Origin: an uncultured Bdellovibrionales bacterium
GTDB lineage: Bacteria; Patescibacteriota; Minisyncoccia; Moranbacterales; DUUL01
Reading direction: 5' to 3'
Length of the DNA stretch: 64,000 bases
Assembly (NCBI GenBank): GCA_964458715.1
Contig: CAYWJP010000001.1
Span: forward strand, 2,022 to 66,021
Shown: one piece after another, positions 39,915 through 47,853 of the stretch
Numbering within the stretch: the stretch's first letter is position 1
Layout of the letters: each line of letters begins with the position of its first letter
Notes under the pieces: generated by a model
What the model saw: only the letters and a program-made list of their open reading frames with translations
What the model was told of the DNA's origin: nothing
The model's database searches: none
Program-made: the position numbers and the translations under genes

Positions 39915-40050
39915 GATAATTGCCCGTTTAGGAATTTCTTTAAAATCATTCCAGGTTTTGAATTCGATCCATCTTTCCCCCTAGTAATACCGTTATATTG
40001 ATACTGTTCCTTAATTTCTAATTTTGAATTTTGAATGAATTTTTAATATC

Positions 40051-40141
40051 TGAATGTCTGAATTTTTAAAACTCCGTTTTAGTTTTAAAATTAAATCATT
40101 TGAAATTGAATCAAAATTCTAAATTCGAAATTCTAAATTTC
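40051..40141. repeat. AT-rich heptamer-repeat module (dcw type) between ftsL and ftsI
   Basis: GAATTTTTAAAACTCCGTTTTAGTTTTAAAATTAAATCATTTGAAATTGAATC followed by (AAAATTC/TAAATTC/GAAATTC) tandem heptamers. The same module occurs at 41584-41665 and 42186-42290. Confidence 0.6.
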
Positions 40142-40146
40142 TTAAT

Positions 40147-40524
40147 TTATTCAGTCATCATCGCCATCTCATCGCTTTTTTCAATTTCGACAAAACTAAC
40201 CTGATCAGGGCTTACTAAATTTAATCTTTCTCTTTCATTTTCAAAATGATAACTAGATTTTAACTGAGCTATCTGAATTTCCAAAGACTCGTTTTTATCT
40301 CTTAATTCTTCTAATAATTGTTCTTTGCTGTTAATCTCCTGCCCCATAGTCGCTAATTGATTTATCTGAAAAATATAACCCAGACTAGAAACTACTACCA
40401 TCATAAACAAACTCGAAAATATTAATTTAAGATTAAAAATTTGCGAAATATTTCTGGACTTCTTGCTTTTAGACTGTTGAGTACTAAAAGTTTGGCAATT
40501 TTTAACTAATAGTGATTTACTCAT
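40147..40524 (-). CDS. ftsL: FtsL/DivIC-like septum formation initiator (single TM plus coiled coil)
   Basis: 125 aa with one TM helix followed by a leucine-zipper-like coiled coil. Canonical position between rsmH and ftsI. Confidence 0.45.
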   Translation of the reverse strand: MSKSLLVKNCQTFSTQQSKSKKSRNISQIFNLKLIFSSLFMMVVVSSLGYIFQINQLATMGQEINSKEQLLEELRDKNESLEIQIAQLKSSYHFENERERLNLVSPDQVSFVEIEKSDEMAMMTE

Positions 40525-40577
40525 TTTTTTGTTTTTTATTTTTATTTGTTTTTGACATAAATTCCTTTTTCTTTAAA

Positions 40578-41504
40578 TTACCCTAACTTCTTGGCGACCC
40601 GAAGCTTAGCGCTTCGAGATCTTGTATTTTCTTTTAATTCTTCTTCTGATGGTCGAATGGGTTTTCGAGTAATTATCTCTAATATTTTTTTCTGATTACA
40701 AACGCAGACAGGAAGTTCTTTGGGACAAATACATCCCCCTGTATTTGCCCTAAAGAACTGTTTCACCAATCGATCTTCGAGAGAATGAAAACTTATTACC
40801 GCTAATCGACCTTCGTTATTTAAAACGCCAATTGATTCTTTTAAAAAAACTTCCAGATTATCTAATTCATTATTCACTGCAATCCTTAAGGCTTGAAAAA
40901 CTCTAGTAGCTGGATTCATTCCCCTCCTAGCCTTAGCATTACCAATTACTATTTCCTCTAGTTCTTTAGTCGTTTCAATCTTCTTTTCTTTACGTCGCTC
41001 CACTATTCTCTTGGCAATTTTTCTAGAATTTGATTCCTCTCCATATCGGAAAAATATATCCACCAACGATTCTTCTTTCCAGCTGTTGACAATGTGATAA
41101 GCCGTTCTAGTTCCTTCTTGTCCTAATCGCATATCCAGAGGAGCATCAATCTGAAAGCTCATCCCGTATTCCTTATTCTTCACCTGGTCTAATCGCCAAC
41201 CTAAATCAGCCATTATTCCATCTACTTTGTCAATTTTCAAATCTTTCAATATTTGCCGAATATTAATAAAATTGTCCTTTATTAAATAAACTTTCGGCCC
41301 TTTTTTATTTTCTCCTATTTTCTTTTTAAATTCGTCAATCGCCATCTGATCTAAATCAATTCCAATCAAAGTCCCCGTTTCTCCAATCTTCTCCATTGCT
41401 AACTGACTATGTCCTCCCCCACCTAAAGTTGCATCTACTATGGTCATTCCAGGTTTTATATTCAATCCTTCCACTGTTTCCCCCAGCAAAACTGTTATAT
41501 GCAT
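40578..41504 (-). CDS. rsmH: 16S rRNA m4C1402 methyltransferase RsmH (MraW)
   Basis: VDATLGGGGHS SAM motif and conserved C-terminal region. Confidence 0.9.
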   Translation of the reverse strand: MHITVLLGETVEGLNIKPGMTIVDATLGGGGHSQLAMEKIGETGTLIGIDLDQMAIDEFKKKIGENKKGPKVYLIKDNFINIRQILKDLKIDKVDGIMADLGWRLDQVKNKEYGMSFQIDAPLDMRLGQEGTRTAYHIVNSWKEESLVDIFFRYGEESNSRKIAKRIVERRKEKKIETTKELEEIVIGNAKARRGMNPATRVFQALRIAVNNELDNLEVFLKESIGVLNNEGRLAVISFHSLEDRLVKQFFRANTGGCICPKELPVCVCNQKKILEIITRKPIRPSEEELKENTRSRSAKLRVAKKLG

Positions 41505-41583
41505 AAATTAAAATTAATTTTCAATTTTTCCGCCTCGGCAAGCCTCCGGCGAGATGGGCAATCAATTTACAATGACTGAATGC

Positions 41584-41665
41584 CTGAATTTTTAATTTAA
41601 AAATTAAATCATTCAAAATTCGAAATTGATTCAAAATTCAGAATTCAAAATTCAAAATTTTAGTA
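41584..41665. repeat. AT-rich heptamer-repeat module upstream of rsmH
   Basis: AATTAAATCATTCAAAATTCGAAATTGATTCAAAATTCAGAATTCAAAATTCAAAATTTT; heptamer array GAATTCA AAATTCA AAATTTT. Confidence 0.6.
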
Positions 41666-41672
41666 TTTATTT

Positions 41673-42107
41673 TTAATAAATACCTAATCGTCCTAACTGC
41701 TCCGCAATTTTGTCTTGATCCTTCTCCGCCCCACTCTTATATTTATCCCAAACCCCTTCATCCCAAAGCTCCAATCGATTAAATAATCCGGCAACTGTCA
41801 CCGCTTTTTTCAATTTGGCATAATCTTTCAAATAATCCGGCACCACAATTCTGCCCTGAGAATCCAAATCCAAATCAATCGCTCCGGCTAACATTAAACG
41901 AACAAAACTTCGAGTAGACTTTTCTCCAACTGGCATATTCCCTAATTTCTCAGCAATTTTTTCCCATTCTTTCATCGGATAAACAAATAGACATTGATCC
42001 AATCCCCGAGTCACTACTACTCTCCCTTTAAAATCACCCCGAAACTTGGCTGGTAGCGCCAACCGTCTCTTGCTATCTATTGAATGTTTGTATTCTCCGA
42101 TGAACAT
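41673..42107 (-). CDS. mraZ: Transcriptional regulator MraZ
   Basis: MFIGEYKHSIDSKRRLALPAKFR and a second DxxxR repeat. Confidence 0.9.
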   Translation of the reverse strand: MFIGEYKHSIDSKRRLALPAKFRGDFKGRVVVTRGLDQCLFVYPMKEWEKIAEKLGNMPVGEKSTRSFVRLMLAGAIDLDLDSQGRIVVPDYLKDYAKLKKAVTVAGLFNRLELWDEGVWDKYKSGAEKDQDKIAEQLGRLGIY

Positions 42108-42185
42108 AATTGCAAATTATTATTTTATCAATGGATTTCTATTTATTTTTGTTTGCAAAATTTTGAATTTTTAATTTTTAATTTT

Positions 42186-42290
42186 GAATGAATTTTTAAA
42201 ACTCCATTTTAGTTTTAAAATTAAAAAATTAAATCATTCAAAATTGAATCAAAATTCGAAATTCGAAATTCGAAATTTACTCTAAATAAT
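42186..42290. promoter_or_regulatory. AT-rich heptamer-repeat module upstream of mraZ (candidate operator/promoter region)
   Basis: GAATTTTTAAAACTCCATTTTAGTTTTAAAATTAAAAAATTAAATCATTCAAAATTGAATCAAAATTCGAAATTCGAAATTCGAAATTT. Contains the 10-bp inverted repeat TTTTAAAACT/AGTTTTAAAA and four tandem CGAAATT heptamers, 80-180 nt upstream of the mraZ start. Confidence 0.45.
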
Positions 42291-42733
42291 CCCTTTATAT
42301 AAAATGAGCTTTAAGTATAAACAAAACCCATAATCCCAACAGCCTCATTTTTCTTTCCCCACTTTTCACCACGCAATACCATTTTAAACCACCAGTCAAC
42401 CCTTGTCAAACATTTCTCTCCATTTTTCCAATTTTCCCTAAAAACTAATCAAAAAAATGGCTTATTAATGACATTCGCGACTGCGTCCGCCCTTGGCGGA
42501 ACACACCATTTAATTTCATATCCTGTTGAGTTATACACAATTTGTTAACAGTTCTTTTAAATTAAAATTTAAAAGAAGATTTAGGATTTAAGAACTGCTT
42601 CCGACTTGCCTACTGACCTTTTTCGTCGAATCAAGACGAACAGGCAGGCTTTAAAATCTCCAAATATCTCTTATTTAAAATAAAAACAGGGTTATCGATA
42701 TTGTCAACAACCCCGTCTCTTAATATACTTTCA

Positions 42734-42952
42734 GAAAAAAGATCTTCTTCCGCATTCAGGACATACAAAAGCTCTGCACCCGTTTGGACAAACATCGGTT
42801 TTGATAGTCTGCATGTTAGCTCCCGTTAAATAAGCATTACAAGGATATCAATCACCGGCCTTCAAAACATTAGCTGGACACTTAATTTCTCCAAAAGGTT
42901 TTTTCAACGCAATTGGAATCGCCATATGAGTATAAATTTTTTCTTTAGCCAT
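42734..42952 (-). other. Cys-rich micro-ORF, translationally coupled to the upstream gene and interrupted by one in-frame TGA (34 aa + TGA + 37 aa)
   Basis: Read from the reverse complement: MAKEKIYTHMAIPIALKKPFGEIKCPANVLKAGD-TGA-YPCNAYLTGANMQTIKTDVCPNGCRAFVCPECGRRSFF. The first ATG follows the upstream TGA by 2 nt and has a G-rich SD. The second half has its own GGGAG SD. Confidence 0.2.
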
Positions 42953-42954
42953 TT

Positions 42955-43269
42955 TCACCCCCTGTTTGTTCTTTTATATTTAAGAACCATCAAAACCAAA
43001 GGCTCATCACTTTTATTCCAAAGATTAAAAGAGTGACTTCTAGGAAAAGCTCTTCCATCCAAACGCTCGATTGAGCTTATTTCTTGAAAACATTCCCCGC
43101 CCACAGTTTTGCTAATTTCTCCCTTGGATTCACCCAGAACTTCAGCCAATACAAACCAATCGATTCCATTAAAAATCATTTTTTCCCGAACCTCTCCCGG
43201 TTGCAATACTAATCTATCAATAAAAACAACTTCAGGAAAAAGATATTTAAAATAACCGTCGTCTTTCAT
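42955..43269 (-). CDS. Hypothetical protein (104 aa), possibly a small beta-barrel/cupin-like
   Basis: Separated by 1 nt from the upstream 217-aa gene. No recognisable motif. Confidence 0.4.
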   Translation of the reverse strand: MKDDGYFKYLFPEVVFIDRLVLQPGEVREKMIFNGIDWFVLAEVLGESKGEISKTVGGECFQEISSIERLDGRAFPRSHSFNLWNKSDEPLVLMVLKYKRTNRG

Positions 43270-43270
43270 T

Positions 43271-43924
43271 TTAATTACTCCTTTTTTGTTCTTCTATTTT
43301 TTTTGATTTAAAGACAACAAAATCCAGCTTAACGCCTTCAACATAAACATTTCTAACAAAATACTCTTTATCCGGTTTAAAGAAATTCGTATCAAGCGCT
43401 TCCCTCCCTGTTGCATCTAGAATAGCTCTTTCTAATTCAAAACAACAGTCCGGAAAAATTTTTCCCTTGCCCTGAAGCACCACTAGGCTAAAAATAAACC
43501 CTGGTGAATTCAAAACTATTCCTGGCGATGCCTCTCCTGGTTTCAAAGAAAAATTTTCCTGAAGATATTTATTTTCTTTTGGAAAATTTGACGAAAGCTC
43601 TCCTTCGATAATTCTTGGAGGAGGGATTATAACCGGAGTCTTTTCGTTTTTAGAAACCGAAATATATATCATCCCTTTGGTCAGATTCTCTACAAAAAGC
43701 TTTCCATAAAACGCTGATTCATAAAAAACCAGTTCTTCTGTTGGAGAAAATTCACCCAAGAAACATTTTTCGGTCCAAGCTTCTGCTGATTTTCGGAGCT
43801 CGCAAAAACCTCCCACAAAAGTCTTGAACGTGACTCCATGCAATGCTAAAGTTGTTATTTCGACTGTCTCTCTACCTTTGAGCCTTATCGACATCCTATC
43901 TTCAGTTAATTGAAACGTTTTCAT
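43271..43924 (-). CDS. Hypothetical protein (217 aa)
   Basis: SD AGGGAGG 6 nt upstream of the ATG. No recognisable family. Confidence 0.45.
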   Translation of the reverse strand: MKTFQLTEDRMSIRLKGRETVEITTLALHGVTFKTFVGGFCELRKSAEAWTEKCFLGEFSPTEELVFYESAFYGKLFVENLTKGMIYISVSKNEKTPVIIPPPRIIEGELSSNFPKENKYLQENFSLKPGEASPGIVLNSPGFIFSLVVLQGKGKIFPDCCFELERAILDATGREALDTNFFKPDKEYFVRNVYVEGVKLDFVVFKSKKIEEQKRSN

Positions 43925-44220
43925 AAAAGCCTCCCTCTATTCTTGAAAAATATTAAAGTCAATCTTTATAATTCTATTGATGTAAAAGTACTGAAAAAAT
44001 ATTCTAACCCAAATCATCTGTATTATCAAGACCATCCTAAAAATTTAATATATATTAAAATAGTGATTTTATTTACATTTAACTGTTTTTTTGATATTCT
44101 ATCTAGCAAACATTTTAATCAATAAAATCGAAAATGTTTGTTGTACTTTTCACTGATTAGAAAACTGGGAAGGACCCACGCTTCTGATTTTAATATTTTT
44201 TAGACAGATAGGAGGATATC

Positions 44221-44970
44221 ATGTCAAAAAAAATCACCGAATTTACCTTGAAGGATTTTGTTTGCCCGACCGTCGGGAAAAAATTTATTGATCTTTCACG
44301 AAAAACTTCCTTTTTAGTCACTTTTGAGACTGGGGCTACTGAAGATGGTCACAATACCTGGCTCAAAGAAAAATTTGAATGCTGGAAAAGAGAAATCGAA
44401 GAAACAACTAATCTCGTCGTAAATTCTATGGGCTTCAAAAAAAAGAACTTTTTTAAGAAAAACAGTCAAGGATCAGTTTCTGTCGGGATTGACATAAAGG
44501 GAGTCTTTAAACCAGGAGTAGCTGGTAATTCAACTTTCAACGCAAATCTATCAAGTATGATCAGAAAATTTCTAGCTGAAAACCTCATTATGGCAAAATT
44601 TCGCCCAGATTTCAATCTGAAAAATCCACTTTTCGATGCCCTGCATATCCACAAATGCATATTTTCTCTCGGTGCTTCAGACTGGAAAAAAGCTCAGAAA
44701 GAAATAGATTCGCTCTGTCTTGATACTTTCGATTTAAGTTTGTTAATTGATGACTGCGGAGCCATGCTCATAGAACCCAATTTCGAAATAATAAAAGGTA
44801 GGAATCCTCTTGATAATGTAAGATTTGCAATAACCCTTAGATGGAAAAGTGATGCTTCCGATGACAAAAGAGACACTCTCAAAAAAGTTATCGATGCTTA
44901 CTTCAAGGGAAAAAAACTTCACATCGGAAATTGGAGAATTGAGTCAATCGGCCAACAACAACCAGAATAA
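44221..44970 (+). CDS. Hypothetical protein (249 aa)
   Basis: Strong SD AGGAGG upstream of the ATG. No recognisable catalytic motif. Confidence 0.5.
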   Translation: MSKKITEFTLKDFVCPTVGKKFIDLSRKTSFLVTFETGATEDGHNTWLKEKFECWKREIEETTNLVVNSMGFKKKNFFKKNSQGSVSVGIDIKGVFKPGVAGNSTFNANLSSMIRKFLAENLIMAKFRPDFNLKNPLFDALHIHKCIFSLGASDWKKAQKEIDSLCLDTFDLSLLIDDCGAMLIEPNFEIIKGRNPLDNVRFAITLRWKSDASDDKRDTLKKVIDAYFKGKKLHIGNWRIESIGQQQPE

Positions 44971-44982
44971 GGAGAAAAGATT

Positions 44983-45279
44983 ATGGGAGAAATCTTAAAC
45001 AAGTGCAATAAAGGCGGTTGTCAATTATGCATTGATGCTGAAGTTGAATTTGAAGAACTACTCTGGCGTCTCAGCCAAATTCACAAAGGTGGCAGTTTTA
45101 ATTCCGAGACTCTCTGTAAAGCCAGCCTAGAAGATTTCAATTCTAAACATCCTGATTATAAAAAAGTTCCTCAATTACAAAAAGCAATCTTCAAAATTGC
45201 CTACGATAGCATGCTTTTCTGGGCCAGAAAACTGGTCCACGAAAAAACAATCCCGCCTTTTATCCTAATAAAAGACTAA
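44983..45279 (+). CDS. Hypothetical protein (98 aa) with an N-terminal CNKGGCQLC cluster
   Basis: SD AAGGAG, 12 nt after the upstream gene. Followed by a bidirectional terminator. Confidence 0.45.
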   Translation: MGEILNKCNKGGCQLCIDAEVEFEELLWRLSQIHKGGSFNSETLCKASLEDFNSKHPDYKKVPQLQKAIFKIAYDSMLFWARKLVHEKTIPPFILIKD

Positions 45280-45296
45280 AAGGCCCGCCAGAAAAC

Positions 45297-45345
45297 CAAA
45301 AAGCCGTTACAACACCAATCGTTGCAGCGGCTTTTTTGAACTTTT
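45297..45345. terminator. Bidirectional terminator between the 44983 ORF and the NUDIX gene
   Basis: AAAAGCCGTTACAAC-ACCAATC-GTTGCAGCGGCTTTTTTG. Confidence 0.6.
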
Positions 45346-45348
45346 AAA

Positions 45349-45780
45349 TTATCTTTCTAGATATTTCTCAAAGGCGGAACGGGGTTGGTCCATGAGATTG
45401 TGGTTGAGATAGTCTTCGATTTCGATCCATTTGAATGAATCATGCTCATGACTTAATTTCACTTCGCTGGTGTCGTCTTTCAATCGACATTCATAATAGA
45501 TGCCAATAATTTGCCACTGCTCGCCATGAACAACTGGTTGCCATTCGGTAACATGAAAAGGTTTTATAATTTCAATTTCGAATCTGGTTTCTTCTTTAAC
45601 TTCTCTTATTAGAGAATCTTCTGGTTTTTCTCCTCGCTCCATTTTTCCTCCTGAAAAATCAAACTTTCCTGGGTTTGTCCCAGTGTCTTTATCCTGCGCT
45701 TCTTCCAAAATCAAAACCTTCCCCTCCCTCACAATAAACGCCTTCACCGCCACAAATAATTTCTCTATTTTTTTATCCAT
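45349..45780 (-). CDS. NUDIX hydrolase
   Basis: Nudix box GGKMERGEKPEDSLIREVKEETRFE. Confidence 0.75.
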   Translation of the reverse strand: MDKKIEKLFVAVKAFIVREGKVLILEEAQDKDTGTNPGKFDFSGGKMERGEKPEDSLIREVKEETRFEIEIIKPFHVTEWQPVVHGEQWQIIGIYYECRLKDDTSEVKLSHEHDSFKWIEIEDYLNHNLMDQPRSAFEKYLER

Positions 45781-45821
45781 ATATACAAAATACGATTAAA
45801 ACTCTTGGGGCTATTTGAGGT

Positions 45822-45931
45822 TTATGAGTTTGAGTAAAGTTCAAGGAAAATCCGAGTAGCGTATGAGATGTACTTGATGGTACATCAAAAAGCAACGGAG
45901 GATTTGACAAAGAAATTTGACAAACTCGTAA
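45822..45931 (+). repeat. Family-1 structured intergenic repeat, copy F
   Basis: Outer stem TTATGAGTTTGAG/GACAAACTCGTAA. Core TTTGAGTAAAGTTCAAGG…GCGTATGAGATG-GTAC..GTAC hairpin…GACAAAGAAATTTGACAAAC. Ends 4 nt before the stop of the 45936 gene. Confidence 0.75.
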
Positions 45932-45935
45932 GCCG

Positions 45936-46256
45936 CTACCTAAGCCCTAGTTGATTTTTAAGCTGGTCAGCCTCTTGTTTGGTCATTTGACCGGACTTAA
46001 CCGATTCGTCTAATTGTTTCAGAATTTTATCTTTCTCTTTCAAAATATTTTGCGGATTCATCATTTTCCGCATTGCTTCTTCTCGTTTAGATTGAGGCAA
46101 TTTCTTAAAAATTTTCAGAGCCCAACGCTCTTTTCTAGACAACTTTGAATCATCAACCTTTTCCAACATTTCATCCATTTTACCCATCATACCATCCACT
46201 TTTGGATTCTTAGATTGTTCATCATCATTTTTTTTACCAAAATTGAAAAATCCCAT
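45936..46256 (-). CDS. Hypothetical K/E-rich protein (106 aa)
   Basis: Low-complexity charged helical protein. Followed by a family-1 repeat. Confidence 0.35.
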   Translation of the reverse strand: MGFFNFGKKNDDEQSKNPKVDGMMGKMDEMLEKVDDSKLSRKERWALKIFKKLPQSKREEAMRKMMNPQNILKEKDKILKQLDESVKSGQMTKQEADQLKNQLGLR

Positions 46257-46421
46257 TTTGTTAAATTAATTCTTAATTTAAATAAATTACAAAGCTCAAA
46301 TTATTCCAAACTACTCAAATCAAATTCAAATGACAAATTCTTAAAATCCAAAACTATTTGATATTTAGATTTTAGTTTTCATTTGGAATTAATTTGGAAT
46401 AATTTGGATTTTGACATTTTT

Positions 46422-47852
46422 CTAGTAGTCTTTCAATTTTTCCATCCCTTTCATCAACCTAATTTTTTCCAACGCCTTGGCTTCAATCTGTCGGATTCGT
46501 TCTCGAGTTACACCAAATTCATTACCAACTTCCTCTAAAGTATGCATTATTCCGTCTTCTAATCCAAATCGAATTCGCAAAATCTTTTGTTCTCGCAAAG
46601 TTAATTGTTCTAAAACTTCGTTTAAATGTTTTTTCAACAAAGTCCTGGAAGCAATTTGACTGGGAGCGATTGAATCAGTATCCTCTACAAAATCACTCAA
46701 TACACTATCGCTATCATCTCCACCAATAGAAGTTTCCAGAGAAATAGTCTCCTGAGAAACCTTAATAATATGACGAACTTTTTTAACATCTAAATTCATT
46801 TCCACCGCGATTTCTTCCGGCAAAGGTTCTCTTCCTAACTCTTGAACTAAAGCTCGAACTACTTGAATATATTTATTAATAGTCTCTACCATATGAACTG
46901 GAATTCGAATTGTTCTTGATTGATCTGCAATCGCTCGGGTCACCGCCTGCCTAATCCACCAAGTCGCGTAAGTTGAAAATTTGTAACCTCGTCTATAATC
47001 AAATTTTTCCACTGCCCTAAAAAGACCAATATTCCCTTCTTGAATTAAATCCAAAAAAGAAAGGCTATGACTTCTACCAACATATTTTTTGGCAATTGAA
47101 ACTACTAATCTAAGATTGGCCTCAGTTAATCTCTGTCGTGCCATTTGATCTCCTTTCTCAATAGCTCTAGCCAAAGAAACTTCTTCTTCTTGGTTTAATA
47201 AAGCTACTTTGCCAATCTCTCTAAGATACATTTGAATAGAATCAGTGTCTTTGAAATCCACAGTTTCTTTTGAACGACTTTCGGCTTCTTCGGCCAATAT
47301 TGTAGCAGCTGCTTCTGCTTTATCAGCGGCTTTTTTGGAATAGCCTTTTTTGGCCTGATCCTTCTTCTTTTTGGCAGTAGCTTTCCTCTCATCTTCTTTG
47401 CCTTGAATTTCTTTTTCAATTTCAGCTTTAATAACATCTTCGGACGAAAGAATTTTTACTCCATATTTTTCCGCTCCATCATAAAAAATTTCTAAGTCCT
47501 CAATATTTTTTTCGACATCACCCAATTCGTGTAAAATTTCGTCCTCAGTCACAAACCCTCGCTGTTGTCCTCGTTTAATCAAACTCTCAATTTTTTGATT
47601 TTCAAATTTAGCCTCCTTGCTTTTCACTTTTTTTCGTTTAGAAATTTTCGGTTTTTCTGGTTTTTTCTCTAAAGGATGTTTTTTAACAACTTCTTTGACA
47701 GTTTTTTTAAACATCTTTTTAACTACTTTCTTGAATCCGCCAGTCTTTTTCTGAACTTTAACGTCAGTTTGTTTTTGACTAATCTTCTTCTTTTTTGTTT
47801 TTTTTACACTAGTAACTTGTTGCCTCTTCGGCGACTGAATTTTCTTTACCAT
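46422..47852 (-). CDS. rpoD: RNA polymerase sigma-70 factor RpoD
   Basis: Regions 2-4 ([29 protein letters not shown]; helix-turn-helix [19 protein letters not shown]). N-terminal lysine-rich extension. Confidence 0.9.
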   Translation of the reverse strand: MVKKIQSPKRQQVTSVKKTKKKKISQKQTDVKVQKKTGGFKKVVKKMFKKTVKEVVKKHPLEKKPEKPKISKRKKVKSKEAKFENQKIESLIKRGQQRGFVTEDEILHELGDVEKNIEDLEIFYDGAEKYGVKILSSEDVIKAEIEKEIQGKEDERKATAKKKKDQAKKGYSKKAADKAEAAATILAEEAESRSKETVDFKDTDSIQMYLREIGKVALLNQEEEVSLARAIEKGDQMARQRLTEANLRLVVSIAKKYVGRSHSLSFLDLIQEGNIGLFRAVEKFDYRRGYKFSTYATWWIRQAVTRAIADQSRTIRIPVHMVETINKYIQVVRALVQELGREPLPEEIAVEMNLDVKKVRHIIKVSQETISLETSIGGDDSDSVLSDFVEDTDSIAPSQIASRTLLKKHLNEVLEQLTLREQKILRIRFGLEDGIMHTLEEVGNEFGVTRERIRQIEAKALEKIRLMKGMEKLKDY

Positions 47853-47853
47853 A

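Noticed and set aside
42255-42285. CRISPR array, suggested by the many short tandem repeats in AT-rich spacers.
   Set aside because: Repeat units are 7 nt with no unique spacers, and no cas genes are present. These are simple heptamer tandem repeats.
42108-42733. RNase P RNA, SRP RNA, tmRNA or a tRNA in the long ORF-free region.
   Set aside because: No GGAAAGTCCGG / ACAGAA, no GGAAGCAGC domain-IV motif, no tRNA-like 3' end with a tag reading frame. Left as unclassified non-coding DNA.
42734-42952. Selenocysteine insertion at the in-frame TGA.
   Set aside because: No convincing SECIS stem-loop within about 15 nt downstream of the TGA. No sel genes in the window. Kept only as a low-confidence possibility.
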